Positions 49,616 to 60,500 of a stretch of 64,000 nt of DNA are shown piece after piece (the stretch's first letter is position 1; every line of letters starts with the position of its first letter). Where the stretch lies: IMG/VR virus record IMGVR_UViG_3300031965_000018, positions 1-64,000 of that record. One strand, given 5' to 3'. The notes under the pieces were generated by a model. The model had not been told where the DNA came from and did no database searches. It saw nothing but the letters and a program-made list of their open reading frames with translations. A program made the translations under genes and the position numbers. This DNA is from a virus.

Positions 49616-52461
49616 ACCTTCACTTCCGGTCTATCTACCAAAGTTTCCCGAGGTGACCATCCGTTCTTCCACACGATCTTCGGATCACCCGAGATGCCGA
49701 TGGCGATCGTCAGACCCTCGGTGCCCGACACGCCGCTCGGCACGCGCACCACCTTCTCAAAATCCGCACCACCAACGGGAGAGTCTTCCCAATTAGCATT
49801 CTTCCGTACAAGCACAACATCATCGGGCATGAACCTCGTGCCCCGGATAAACGCCTCTGCACACTCGCGCTGCACGGGGCCGGGAACATCCGACTGCAGG
49901 CCAGCTTGGCAATGAAATGTCATACCCGTAGCCGTGATACGATGCAGCACGCCAAAGGCCAGGGCGTAGTCGGGGTTGTTGAACCGCTGTCGCCCAGTCT
50001 CACGCCCATCGCGCTCATCAAAACCCATCGGCTCATCACTGATCGTAGGCTTATCCGTCTCCTCCTGAACGTAGGCAATATCCCACACGCGTCGAATGTT
50101 CTGCCAACCTTCACGCCCACGATCTAAATGCCGCACAACGTAAGCACCAAGCGGATTGCCATTTGCCTCGTCACTTTCAGCAGGACCGGCGGTCCAGAGC
50201 ATAGAAAGCCCTGATACTGACTCCTCTGCATATCGCTGGACATTGTCTGGATGGTGCAAGTCCTCATGCTGCGTACCATGCAGCGGTTCGTTGGCAAACT
50301 CGTAGATCGCCACAGGCTGATGAGCGGCACAGATACGGGCAACCTCCATCGCGTGATGCTGAAAGTCGTAGTCACGACTGGCCGAGTCCGCAACGGCCAC
50401 AACCTCAGCATATAGCCCATACTCGGCACACAGTTCCAACGCGCGCGGCAGAGCGTCCCGACCGTCCTCGGGCGACAAGTCGAACATGTGGACGACGGTC
50501 GAGAACACGCGCACCAGATTGAAGCCCGTCACCTGCGCCCAGGCGAGGAACTCACGCGCGTGAGCTTCATCACCGCGTGCGACGTCATAGACTAGCCGAA
50601 ATGCCGATACGCCCCGCCAGACAAACGGAGAGCCATCCTCACGTACTAGGCCGCGACCATCCACGTGCAATCTGGTTAACGCGACAGACGTGGGAGGTGG
50701 CATCACCACATCCGGCTCTTGCGGCTGTTCTTCGGCGGTATTAGTCGCCCAGATCGGCACGCCATCCGAGTACAGGACCGCGTTGCCGTCGTCCTGCAGC
50801 GACAAGTCAGGGTTGGTCCCGGCACTGCCCGAGGCCCACACCGCACGCCCCTCAGGGCCATACAGGACGAGATTACCATCAGGATGCAGCACGAGATCCA
50901 CAGTGATCTGGCCTGACGTCTGAGAGGCCCATAGCGGCGTGCCGTCACGACGATACAGAACTACGTTGCCGTCGTGCTGGTGGACGAGGTCGAAGCGGCC
51001 ATTCTGTGATACTAGTCCCTCGCCCGGCAGCAGTCGCTCCTCAGGCACGAGACGATGACGGGGTAGAGACGGTAATGGTGGCATAGGGGGCTCCGGCTCG
51101 TCGGGCTCATCAGGCTCGGGCTGAGGCTTCGAGGCGCGCAGGTCCAGGCGTGGCGAGGCGTCGGCTGCTGCGTACAATCGGCGATGCGATTCGCGTAGTT
51201 CCGGGAGACTCACCATGCCGTCACGGCCGTCGGCTCGCGTGTAGGGCCAGCACCAGACCAGGTCGATCTGCTCTTCGCGCACGAGCTGCCACAGCGCGCC
51301 CTGCTGATCAAGTACATGTTGCCGTGGCCAGTTGTAAGTCAGCAAATCGCCATGGATCTGGCGATAATAGGCCATTACGACCCCGACGCGGCGTGGACGC
51401 AGACGGCGCACCGCTTCCCGAATGCGCACCATGCTGAGAGGAATTGATTCCAATAGGCCATCACGCTTGACCGGATAACCGAAGATCAGCGGGATAACTT
51501 CAATGCCGTCCAGATCCACACCCGCAAAGGCCGTCTCAATATAGGGATACCCTGGCTCATCGTGGTAGGCCGCGAGCGGGACCCCATGCTGCCGACAGAG
51601 TTTCAATGCGGCGGGCAGATCGTCACGACCCAGTGTGTGAAACACAGCCACGATACTGGGATCAACCTGTGCTGCGTTTTCCGACACCTCAACAAGACGA
51701 GCAATCGGATTCGGCTCACCACTCGTGCAGACTAGGACCGGATGCAAGGTTGGCGCGAATGTCGGGACGCGCACCAATGTCATTGGTGCTACGTAAGGCG
51801 TAAAGTCCAATGAGTGAATAAACAACGCGTCTGCGATCCCATGCGGTATCTGCACGGGAATCGTACAGGTCCCATCCGCATGCGCGACCATCTGTGCCGG
51901 TAGTGATGAATAACCCGTCCAGACATGACGACAGGTCTCACCGTGCTTGCGGGCATACAGGCGCGTCACACCATTCGGTGCTGTCACGTCCTCACCCGAA
52001 ACCCAATCCCCGTCACGCACAACGCGTGTAATTATTACTGGCCCAAGATTCTCTCGGGAAAGAGCATCCGGCGACAGCGGGTGCGAGGTATCCCGCGACA
52101 CCCCCACCCGTCCGTCGAGATGCTCAAGTGTGTATGGCGCTTTAGCCGGCACCCAACTAACATCGCCGGCAGATGTCACCCAAACGGCGTATGGACCATG
52201 AACCTTGCCCGTGCCTAGTACCGTCACGCTGCGATCATGCCGCTTGATAAGATACCCACGGTCATCAGCTACACCGATACAAACAGCCCAATGGTCGCCA
52301 TCAGTGGTCTGTCGTGCGGCTACTAAACTGATCCCCTGTCCCGCCTCAACAGGCAGAAAGACCGGTGCGTCTTGCCCAAACGTAATCGGGCAAGGCACGA
52401 CGCGCTCGGGCATCGTGACTTCGAGTCGGTCGTCGGTGATCGAGGTAAAATAGCCCATCAC
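49597..52461 (-). CDS. multidomain tail-associated enzyme: N-terminal domains + bulb-type (B) lectin + GH5-like TIM-barrel
   Basis: Three lectin subdomain motifs (HQHDGNVVLY, LHPDGNLVLY, LQDDGNAVLY) are flanked by Pro/Glu linkers. A downstream YEFANEP resembles the GH5 NEP acid/base motif. Confidence 0.55.
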   Translation of the reverse strand: MMGYFTSITDDRLEVTMPERVVPCPITFGQDAPVFLPVEAGQGISLVAARQTTDGDHWAVCIGVADDRGYLIKRHDRSVTVLGTGKVHGPYAVWVTSAGDVSWVPAKAPYTLEHLDGRVGVSRDTSHPLSPDALSRENLGPVIITRVVRDGDWVSGEDVTAPNGVTRLYARKHGETCRHVWTGYSSLPAQMVAHADGTCTIPVQIPHGIADALFIHSLDFTPYVAPMTLVRVPTFAPTLHPVLVCTSGEPNPIARLVEVSENAAQVDPSIVAVFHTLGRDDLPAALKLCRQHGVPLAAYHDEPGYPYIETAFAGVDLDGIEVIPLIFGYPVKRDGLLESIPLSMVRIREAVRRLRPRRVGVVMAYYRQIHGDLLTYNWPRQHVLDQQGALWQLVREEQIDLVWCWPYTRADGRDGMVSLPELRESHRRLYAAADASPRLDLRASKPQPEPDEPDEPEPPMPPLPSLPRHRLVPEERLLPGEGLVSQNGRFDLVHQHDGNVVLYRRDGTPLWASQTSGQITVDLVLHPDGNLVLYGPEGRAVWASGSAGTNPDLSLQDDGNAVLYSDGVPIWATNTAEEQPQEPDVVMPPPTSVALTRLHVDGRGLVREDGSPFVWRGVSAFRLVYDVARGDEAHAREFLAWAQVTGFNLVRVFSTVVHMFDLSPEDGRDALPRALELCAEYGLYAEVVAVADSASRDYDFQHHAMEVARICAAHQPVAIYEFANEPLHGTQHEDLHHPDNVQRYAEESVSGLSMLWTAGPAESDEANGNPLGAYVVRHLDRGREGWQNIRRVWDIAYVQEETDKPTISDEPMGFDERDGRETGRQRFNNPDYALAFGVLHRITATGMTFHCQAGLQSDVPGPVQRECAEAFIRGTRFMPDDVVLVRKNANWEDSPVGGADFEKVVRVPSGVSGTEGLTIAIGISGDPKIVWKNGWSPRETLVDRPEVKVWRIGR

Positions 52462-52464
52462 AAA

Positions 52465-52749
52465 TCAGTTCTGGTCAGATTCATCCGCGCGTGCGTCGAT
52501 CCGCGCCTGCGCTTCGTCACCAGCGGCAAGAGCTTCAGCCTTTACTGCTTCGACCTTGGCGCGGAACTCTTCAATGGTCACGCCTTCACTGGCGTTCGCA
52601 TTGATATGTGCCTCGACCGCGTTGATAGCCGTCGTAGCCGCCTGCTCAGCCGCAGTAACTACCGCAACCGCGCCGTGCTGCTCACGCGCTCGAAAGACAG
52701 AAGCCAAGAGTTGCCCAATTCCTTGGGCCAAAATGAGTGTCAGGCTCAC
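52465..52749 (-). CDS. hypothetical protein, hydrophobic N-terminus (lysis-cassette neighbour)
   Basis: MSLTLILAQGIGQLLASVF... followed by an Ala/Glu-rich helix. Confidence 0.4.
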   Translation of the reverse strand: MSLTLILAQGIGQLLASVFRAREQHGAVAVVTAAEQAATTAINAVEAHINANASEGVTIEEFRAKVEAVKAEALAAGDEAQARIDARADESDQN

Positions 52750-53240
52750 TGCACACCTCCCTGCTGATTCACATAGTTACGAGCGAATGTCGTCGCTGCC
52801 CGTAGTGAGATACCAAACCCGGCAACACCGACATTCGTGTGCGTCTCTAATTGCACGATCAACGGGTCCACCAACGTGAATACCGTCGTGACCGTAGCGC
52901 GCAGACTAGCCTCGGATGTTACGTTCGCAAGGGCATCAAGTGCCGCCACAAGAGGACCAGGAGCCGCCGTGGTTCCGGTCGCCGCGACGATGGCCGAGTC
53001 GAATGCGTTCTTCTCCGCGTCAGATAACGGTAACGTATCAATGAACCGTCCAGCCGCGCGAGTGATTGCCAACCCGGTTCGTAGACCATCGGCCGCGCGA
53101 GCCGCAGCATCACGCACTTGCTGTTGCTCGGATACTCCAGGCGAGGTTTCAATGGCTGCGCGTGCTGCGCATCCGTACGCGCCTGGAAGGGCCAAGGCCA
53201 CAAGCACAATAGGAATAGCAACGTATCGTGTAAATCGCAT
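52746..53240 (-). CDS. secreted/lipoprotein-like protein (possible spanin component)
   Basis: Signal peptide MRFTRYVAIPIVLVALALPGAYGC with a lipobox-like AYGC. Confidence 0.45.
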   Translation of the reverse strand: MRFTRYVAIPIVLVALALPGAYGCAARAAIETSPGVSEQQQVRDAAARAADGLRTGLAITRAAGRFIDTLPLSDAEKNAFDSAIVAATGTTAAPGPLVAALDALANVTSEASLRATVTTVFTLVDPLIVQLETHTNVGVAGFGISLRAATTFARNYVNQQGGVQ

Positions 53241-53261
53241 GTTAGTCTCCTTGAAATACGG

Positions 53262-53615
53262 TTACTTACTTCCGTCCCCGGTTCCCGTGATGGCTGTGCC
53301 GATTGCGTGTCCCGCTGCCTTTGTGCTGTTGACCATCGCTCGGCCCGCCCCGCCGATATTGGTGATCTGCTGGGCGCCCTGGTTGATGAGTCCGAACACA
53401 CCCGCCGCGCTCGACAAGACCAGTCCGTAAGCCACAAAGTAATTCCAAGTGGTCTCACGCGCAAAATCATTGTGCGAATAAGCCCACAACCCGACACTAA
53501 CCAGCGCGAGCAAACCTGCGAGCGGCAAGGCCAACTTCTGGTTGATGAACCCCTTGAAAATCTGAGCCAGGGTCACGGTAGCCGCGCTCATGGCGGCGAT
53601 AGTCTCGGGTTCCAT
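53262..53615 (-). CDS. holin-like membrane protein
   Basis: Two or three hydrophobic segments (LALPLAGLLALVSVGLWAY; NYFVAYGLVLSSAAGVFGL), adjacent to the endolysin. Confidence 0.45.
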   Translation of the reverse strand: MEPETIAAMSAATVTLAQIFKGFINQKLALPLAGLLALVSVGLWAYSHNDFARETTWNYFVAYGLVLSSAAGVFGLINQGAQQITNIGGAGRAMVNSTKAAGHAIGTAITGTGDGSK

Positions 53616-53626
53616 CGGTTAGGTCC

Positions 53627-54088
53627 TCATCCTTCACACTCGCCTGTTTCCATTATCCGCGACAGCCGCTGCGCCCGTGCCGGTGTCTGCACGCGAGCCC
53701 ATTTCGATTGCAGCATTGCTGCTGCTCCTGCTTCGTACTCACCTCGACGGATTAGCGCCAAGGTGCGCGTGAACTTGGCGAGTCCAGCCACGCCCATCTG
53801 GTAGGCCATCTCGTAAATCACACTACGCCTAGTAGGGTCCAGAGATACCACCCATGGAAAACGCGCATCGGTCTCGACAATCTTCGCGTCCATGCGCGCG
53901 TCGAGCATGCGCCCAGCTTCCGCTTCCAGAATCGGCTCATCGACGCGGCACCCGTAGCCGATAGTCGGAAAACCTTTGACAACACTGCCCTTGGTGATCG
54001 GCTTACCAGTGGCATCGTCATAGACGGTCAAGCGCAGTCCCTCATTCACCTGGAGACGTGCACGAAGTAGTGATCTAGTATTCATCAC
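53627..54088 (-). CDS. endolysin, GH24 (T4 lysozyme-like)
   Basis: NEGLRLTVYDDATGKPI...PTIGYG is the catalytic Glu / D / TIGYG pattern. Confidence 0.8.
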   Translation of the reverse strand: MMNTRSLLRARLQVNEGLRLTVYDDATGKPITKGSVVKGFPTIGYGCRVDEPILEAEAGRMLDARMDAKIVETDARFPWVVSLDPTRRSVIYEMAYQMGVAGLAKFTRTLALIRRGEYEAGAAAMLQSKWARVQTPARAQRLSRIMETGECEG

Positions 54089-54117
54089 TTCGTCTCTTTC
54101 TTCGTATTCTTTGCGGT

Positions 54118-54516
54118 CTACTTGGTGTGTACTTCGATGTTCTCCAAACTTTGCCCAGCTGACTTGCGCTCATGTTGAGCGATTTCATCAGTCCGCAGAT
54201 CGGCCGCTTCCTTGCCCTGGACCCTGCCAGCCGCTTCCCCTTCCGCATAGGCGAGACGAGCCGCTTCACGCGCTGTCTTTTCGAGAGACAACTTAAACTC
54301 ATCCATGCGCGAGTTCACTGTTTTGTGCGTTTCATGCGACTTGGCGTACGTCAAAATGTTGCCTATCCCTAGCGCCACGAATCCGGTAACCAACCCAATC
54401 AAAGCGGTGCTATCCTCATCTGGGAGTAGCCCTACAATCATCACAATGGCCACCACGCCCAGGCCCATAAGCCCGGTGACGTACGCCAAGACAAAGCGGC
54501 CATTGTGCTCTGCCAT
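54118..54516 (-). CDS. membrane protein with two TM segments and coiled-coil tail (holin/spanin-like)
   Basis: FVLAYVTGLMGLGVVAIVMIVGLL and LIGLVTGFVALGIGNIL, followed by a charged helix. Confidence 0.4.
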   Translation of the reverse strand: MAEHNGRFVLAYVTGLMGLGVVAIVMIVGLLPDEDSTALIGLVTGFVALGIGNILTYAKSHETHKTVNSRMDEFKLSLEKTAREAARLAYAEGEAAGRVQGKEAADLRTDEIAQHERKSAGQSLENIEVHTK

Positions 54517-54666
54517 CTAGAGTACCTTCCTCCCTTGCATCAATCGCATAACGACGAGGATGAATACCACGATGAGCAGCACGTGGATGAGCTGACCGCC
54601 TATCGCCACCGAGCCGGTCAGCCAGAGCACTAGCAGTACGATGATCAGTAGAGTCAGAATACTCAT
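54517..54666 (-). CDS. lmo0937-family-like small membrane protein (49 aa)
   Basis: MSILTLLIIVLLVLWLTGSVAIGGQLIHVLLIVVFILVVMRLMQGRKVL. SD AGGAG lies 7 nt upstream. Below the ORF-track cutoff. Confidence 0.45.
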   Translation of the reverse strand: MSILTLLIIVLLVLWLTGSVAIGGQLIHVLLIVVFILVVMRLMQGRKVL

Positions 54667-54676
54667 GCGTTTTCTC

Positions 54677-54805
54677 CTACTGCCAGACCGACATCAACAA
54701 AGTCAAACTCACCAGTAGCAAAGGAATCCATAGTGGAACCTTGCCGGTAGCGGACACGACCGTAACCAGTAGTGCGAGTAGCGCAAGCAGTGGAAGCAAT
54801 CCCAT
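54677..54805 (-). CDS. possible 42-aa membrane peptide
   Basis: MGLLPLLALLALLVTVVSATGKVPLWIPLLLVSLTLLMSVWQ. SD AGGAG lies 6 nt upstream. Confidence 0.4.
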   Translation of the reverse strand: MGLLPLLALLALLVTVVSATGKVPLWIPLLLVSLTLLMSVWQ

Positions 54806-54813
54806 TTCGTCTC

Positions 54814-57513
54814 CTAAAGCGGGTTACAGATCCGAATCTTCGTCATCTGGCCGAACATTCCGAAGTAGCCGTACATCACGCCCGCGACCTTGTTCGCGTT
54901 AGCGAAACCACCGCGCCACTCACCGCTGAAACTGTTGAAGTTATGGACCAGCGCGACCGCACCAGAGTCATAGATTTCGGTGCGTGCACCGGCATCGGTG
55001 ACATTGGTCGCATAGACTCGAAAGTGACCATCAGCCGCGACACTCGTTGGCGCATCTCCCGTACCTGTTACGGTGCCTGGCTTGACTTCCACTTCGATCT
55101 TTATCCACTTATTCTCGCTATTCGCTCGCGTGAACATCGAGGCTGCAATACCGGCAGGGGCGACGACACCAGAAATCGTACGGAAGACAACACTGATGGT
55201 CGGAGACGCTGGCGTGAATAAGTTCAACGACACCGACGTATCAATATTCTCGGTCGTGTGAACCAACTGGACCAATGGATTGAACGAGAACGCTGATGGG
55301 GCATCGTGATAATCCCACGCAGCCGTATTAGGCCGATAGTAAGCCACAAACCTAAGCTCGGTACCCATCATGGTTAGATCGTGCTCAAACCAGAGCCCAG
55401 CAGTGCCATGATCTTCTGAGGTCTCATCTACATCGACGCCGTTCTCACCTCCAGGCCCGATGGCCGATGCAAACTTAATAGCCTCGGTAGACCGTAGCTC
55501 GGGATAGACTGTATCCTCGGGGTCGCTACCGTTGGGTACTTTTTCATAAAAGCCCGGTACAAACGCATCCGACGCATCGCCATCACCGAAGTCCTGCTCA
55601 TACTGCACGGTATCACATCCATCCGGGTCAACAACAGGAGGCAGAACCACGTCTTGCCAGACATACCAAACGTCTAGCCGAACACCGTTGTCGTCATGAC
55701 CACCGGTAAACGCTCCCGCACCGTTATTGTCGATGCTGAGATAGAGACTATCAATGTCCGCAACGTCCATCAACCCAGCGAGAGCCAGTGCCTCGATATC
55801 CGAGGTCACTTCGTCCATCGCCGGAATGGGCAAGTCAACTATCTTATCATGCGCCGTGCCGAACAGGTCATCGAAGCGCGTGCCGTGCACCCCACCGCTC
55901 ATCCGCCAACCGCTGCAGACTAGCTCAAGACGCGCGGCTGCGTCAATGTTCGTCCAAATACCGTCGGTAGACTTGACGCGAATCGCGGCACTCACAACCT
56001 TGATGCGGCGTAGTGCGGCTGGAACCTGCACGACGAGGACTTCAGTATCCGCAGCCGCCATGAACTCAGCGTTTGTCAACGACACCGATGCGTGCTCTAA
56101 GCGACAAAACGAACTTGCAGGACTAGCGGACCCTGGGCCTGTACCTACAGACCCGCCGCCTGTCTTGCCGCCTAGCCATGCGTCATACTTATCTCTGAAC
56201 GTCCCGAGGAATCGAGTGCCTCGAACGAGCACGATAGTGTAGCGAATCTCTGCGCCAGTGCCGCCCGTACCACCGGTTCCAGCCACACTACGGCCACGCA
56301 CTTCCGTGATTAGTAATTCCTCATCTATATTGCGGTCTGAGATCTCGACATTTTGCGTCATGCCGGGGCGCAGACCGGGAGTCCACGTATCATACGTAAC
56401 GCGCAAAACATCCTGCGAGTGCGCATCGAGGAGTGAATCCGCAATCTGCTGCAGGAATGCCTTATTCGTAACGTCTGGGTAGCTCGCTGAAAACTCCCAG
56501 GGACTGGCGTCGTATGCGGTCTGGTCTATTGCGGTGACGACAAACGGGAACTTCGCGTCATAGCGAATACGGAACTCATGCCCGTTACCCGGAGCGCCGC
56601 CAATCTCTCGCGTGATGGTAAGAGCGACGGGATCGTATCGCCAAACCGCCGCCCAAATAGAGTCCGGTCCACCGAGGGACTCGTAACCGTTCACACCAAA
56701 CACAAATGACCCGGTGCCGTCATAGTCTACTACACCGTAGCCTATGGCACTGTCCGCCAAATACGGGTAAATACCGTAGATGTGATGGTCGAGTTGAAAC
56801 GTCGTTGTTGTGCCATCGCCGGTAAAGTACTGCGTGTACTCGGAGACAACCGTATCGGGGCCACCCTTGAGGTAAATCTTATTGTAACGCGGCTGGCTTG
56901 ACGTCAGAACTTTCGCGTCACCGATTGTGATCCTAGGGTTGTCTACATCCGTAATATCGAACGGAGCGGCCACACCCCCAGGCAAAGCCATCGACAAAAC
57001 TTTCGTCGGGCTCATGAGCCACAAATAGCCCTCACTCCAATTCGAGAGATTATTGAGCACCGCTGAACCAAGCATCCCGTCAATCACCAACTCCTCGGTA
57101 AGAGCCGGGCCATCTACCTGCGAGCCACTCAGCGTGACGCCGTAAACGGCGAGGTAGTCATCAACGATCTTCGTCAGGATCTGCTTGAGTGTCGTGCCGG
57201 CCGCAAATGTCTCGGTGATAAAGCGCCGGTCAAGGAGCACGTCGTAACCAACGAATGAGATATGCAAGTGGAGGTTATTCGTAGCCTCTCGACCCGCTCC
57301 AGACTCCTCGACACGCGTAACATACCCACCAAACGCAGGAGTACCATTCTCGGAGAATAACGACTCAGCATCGACAGCAGGACGATACGCTGCAGCGGGA
57401 GAAATGATGTCGCAACTGAACGTGTTTTTCCCGTTCGCCACCCACGCAGGATTCCCCGAGCCGTTCAAGTAGCCAACGGTCACGCCGCCGATAACGAGGG
57501 TATAGGTGGCCAT
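54814..57513 (-). CDS. distal tail / tail-tip protein (Dit-Tal-like)
   Basis: 899-aa ORF starting 2 nt after the tape measure stop (MATYTLVIGGVTVGY...). Positional call. Confidence 0.55.
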   Translation of the reverse strand: MATYTLVIGGVTVGYLNGSGNPAWVANGKNTFSCDIISPAAAYRPAVDAESLFSENGTPAFGGYVTRVEESGAGREATNNLHLHISFVGYDVLLDRRFITETFAAGTTLKQILTKIVDDYLAVYGVTLSGSQVDGPALTEELVIDGMLGSAVLNNLSNWSEGYLWLMSPTKVLSMALPGGVAAPFDITDVDNPRITIGDAKVLTSSQPRYNKIYLKGGPDTVVSEYTQYFTGDGTTTTFQLDHHIYGIYPYLADSAIGYGVVDYDGTGSFVFGVNGYESLGGPDSIWAAVWRYDPVALTITREIGGAPGNGHEFRIRYDAKFPFVVTAIDQTAYDASPWEFSASYPDVTNKAFLQQIADSLLDAHSQDVLRVTYDTWTPGLRPGMTQNVEISDRNIDEELLITEVRGRSVAGTGGTGGTGAEIRYTIVLVRGTRFLGTFRDKYDAWLGGKTGGGSVGTGPGSASPASSFCRLEHASVSLTNAEFMAAADTEVLVVQVPAALRRIKVVSAAIRVKSTDGIWTNIDAAARLELVCSGWRMSGGVHGTRFDDLFGTAHDKIVDLPIPAMDEVTSDIEALALAGLMDVADIDSLYLSIDNNGAGAFTGGHDDNGVRLDVWYVWQDVVLPPVVDPDGCDTVQYEQDFGDGDASDAFVPGFYEKVPNGSDPEDTVYPELRSTEAIKFASAIGPGGENGVDVDETSEDHGTAGLWFEHDLTMMGTELRFVAYYRPNTAAWDYHDAPSAFSFNPLVQLVHTTENIDTSVSLNLFTPASPTISVVFRTISGVVAPAGIAASMFTRANSENKWIKIEVEVKPGTVTGTGDAPTSVAADGHFRVYATNVTDAGARTEIYDSGAVALVHNFNSFSGEWRGGFANANKVAGVMYGYFGMFGQMTKIRICNPL

Positions 57514-57515
57514 GA

Positions 57516-60500
57516 TTAGACGCCAGCGCCCCATCGTTCAAGCTCCTCTGGAATCTCGGGAAGAATGCTGCGTGTGAGTTTTGTCGCTCCTCCGCTATCT
57601 AGCCACTGATCGACGCTATCACCATCCCACGCAATGATCTCGATAGTGTTGTTAGTTGTTCGCGTCCCGCTACCACTGCTACCATTACCATCGGGAGCAG
57701 GAGCCGCCGCATCCGGTTCCGGCGCATCGCCAACGACTGGCTCGCGTGGTTGTGCGGTGCCGGTCGGTGGAATGCCCTCACCGATCTGGCGATAGGTATA
57801 GGGAATGATCACCGGCTTGATCTGAGTCAGACCTATGAGCTTGAACTCCTCGATGAGATCACCAATCTTGAGAATCAAGGCATCGATAGCGTCTACGAGC
57901 GGAGTCTTGAAGTCCAGGCGGCTTGTATCAACAAGCTTTTCGCCAAACTCGTCAGTCAAACCACCGGCGTCTATCAACTTGTCAATAATGGGTTCGAGAT
58001 TAGACGGCAGCGTGAGACCCATCGTCAGTGCGTCGGTCACAAGACCCTGGATCCGCTGCGCCATGCTTAATATCGCATCCTCGACGCCGCTATCTTCTAG
58101 GGCTGGACCCAAATCACCGAAGATCACGCCCAAATCATCGGAGGCACGAGACAGAATGTCGAAGTCTTTTACAATCTGAGCTGCAATTTCGTCAATCTGC
58201 AGCTGCTTGACTTTCGGACCAAGCTCGTCAAGCTTAATTCCGTAGCGGCCCGCCGCATCCTCTACCTCCTGTAGCGAGGGCACACCCACTTCCGCCAACC
58301 CGAGAAGCGCCGCAGCATTATCCTCCGTCAGCTGCTTCGACTCGATTAACGTCGTAAGGATCGGGCCCATCGCCGGTGGAATCTTCCCACCCGCATCGAG
58401 CGTAGCGGCTAGCCACGCATTGACGTCCGTCGCCATCCCGCGTGTAATCGACGAAGCACTGAAACCCGCGTCACGCATCCGCATAAACGAATCGACAATC
58501 GGCTGCGCGCCGTCCGCTGCCGCTTGCATGCGTAGCATCGGGTCTTCGATATCTGACCACGCTAACCCGTACTGTTCAACATCGGCCTTCAACGATTCGA
58601 CAGCCTTCTCTTGCTTCTCCAAAGCTAGCGTGATAGCATCGATAGCCTTCTTGGCGCCTTCCTTATCGCCGCGACCCGTGCGCTGCGTCAGATTGATCCA
58701 CAGCCGCTCGCCCTCATCTCCAAGGTCATTTAGCTTCTGGCGCAACTCGTCAAAGCCACTACCGGCTGCCGCCGTATCGAATGACTCGGCAAACTTTTCC
58801 ACCTCACGACGACCCGCGCTCATCGCTCGGATAAACCCGGTCACCGCTCCAACAACGCTACCAATTGCAATACCCCACGGGCCAAACGCTGCTCCGGCTT
58901 GCGCTCCGGCCATAGCGCCCTGAAACGCTCCGGCAGACTTTGACCCAGCTTCGGACGCAGCTTCCCAAACGTTGATCGCACCTTGATAGATGACAGCAGC
59001 TGCCTGCATTCCAGCCGCAGCCTTTTGCGCAGCTGATGCATCCTTACTCATCAAGACGCTAAGAGATCCGAAGCGCCCACCAATCTCGCGTGGGCCTCCC
59101 TCTTCTGCCGTGCGATTGAGATTCGTTTCGCTTCCACCGATTTGCCGCGTGAGACTCCGAGCCGTCCCCAACTGCACGATCATCTGGCCAATGGCCGACG
59201 CTATGCCGCCAATATTCTCACCCGCGATCTGACCAAGGCGCACAAAGCTATCCGACAGGATATTAAGCGACTCGTCAGCCAGATCGATCTTGAGTTGTTC
59301 GACTAGCGAATCCCGTTTTACTTTTGCCATGCGGTCAACGGAAGCATAATATGCCTCAGCATGCTTCCCGCTCTGCCCGTATGCGGCCTTCGTTGTCAAC
59401 GCCCACTGCTCAATCTCACGCTTCGCAAATCCAATGCTCGTCATCGTACGCTGCGCGACGGACGTTTCCAACTCCATTTCAATTTTGTTAAGCTCAGATG
59501 CGCTCGTGGATAGCCCCGTCCAACCGGGAATCATCCCAAGAGCCTTGCCGAGTTCCTTCGCAGGCGCAACTAGCGAGGCCCACTTAGACATCGCCCGAGC
59601 AATCTTCGTCTGCGTAATATCAACAGCTGGTCCCAAAGCTGCGAATATTGACGTGAGATTTTTCGCCGACGACGCAACCAGCGTAGCGTTAGCTGGCATA
59701 CGGTAGAATGCGGCCAAAACAGAATTGAGTACTGGCGTGAGTTTCGCACCGCTCTCCTGGAGGTCTATGAGTTCCTTGCCGATTTGCTTCAGCTGAATCG
59801 TCGTCAGTGGGCCGATAGCCGTCAGCTGCCGGACAACGGTATCGAGTAGCTTGATCTCCTCGGCAACCTTCTTACCCGACAACTCATCAAACTTACTCTG
59901 AACAATCTCGCTCATCTGCTCGGCAGCAGATTTTGCGTTTTCGTTCAAGACGATTGATGCCGCTACTTGCTTATTGAGTTCGTCGGTAATCTCCCCGAGG
60001 TTCGTCGGAATGGGAAGTGGCTTGACCGTAGCGGCCTGGTCAAACAACGTTGCAGGACCAACAGAATCAATAGGCGCGCCAGCAAGCAACCCAACTGAAC
60101 CGACAAATGATTGGACACGACCTAATTGAACCGAGTTAATCGTCCCAGTTATCAGAAAGAAAGTGCGCCACGCATCAACGCCGGCAAGGACATGCCCCTT
60201 CATTAGCGCTAGAGCGCTATTGATACCGATGAGCCCCATCTCCGTGAACGTTAACTCTGATGGGATATCTGCAAGTGTCCGAACAAAATCACCGACAGCC
60301 TTACCCGCGTCTTTAAACCCGGTAACAAACACAGCCTTCAACGTTGAGCCAGTTTCCCGAGCGACATCCTTGATCGCGGTTAGTCCCTTCGTTACTTCAT
60401 CTTTCGCAACTACTGCCAAGTCTTTCATCTCATCTCGCGCAAGTATGACAATGGATTTAACCCCATTAAGAGCATGCTTTGCGAGATCGCCTACTGCCGT

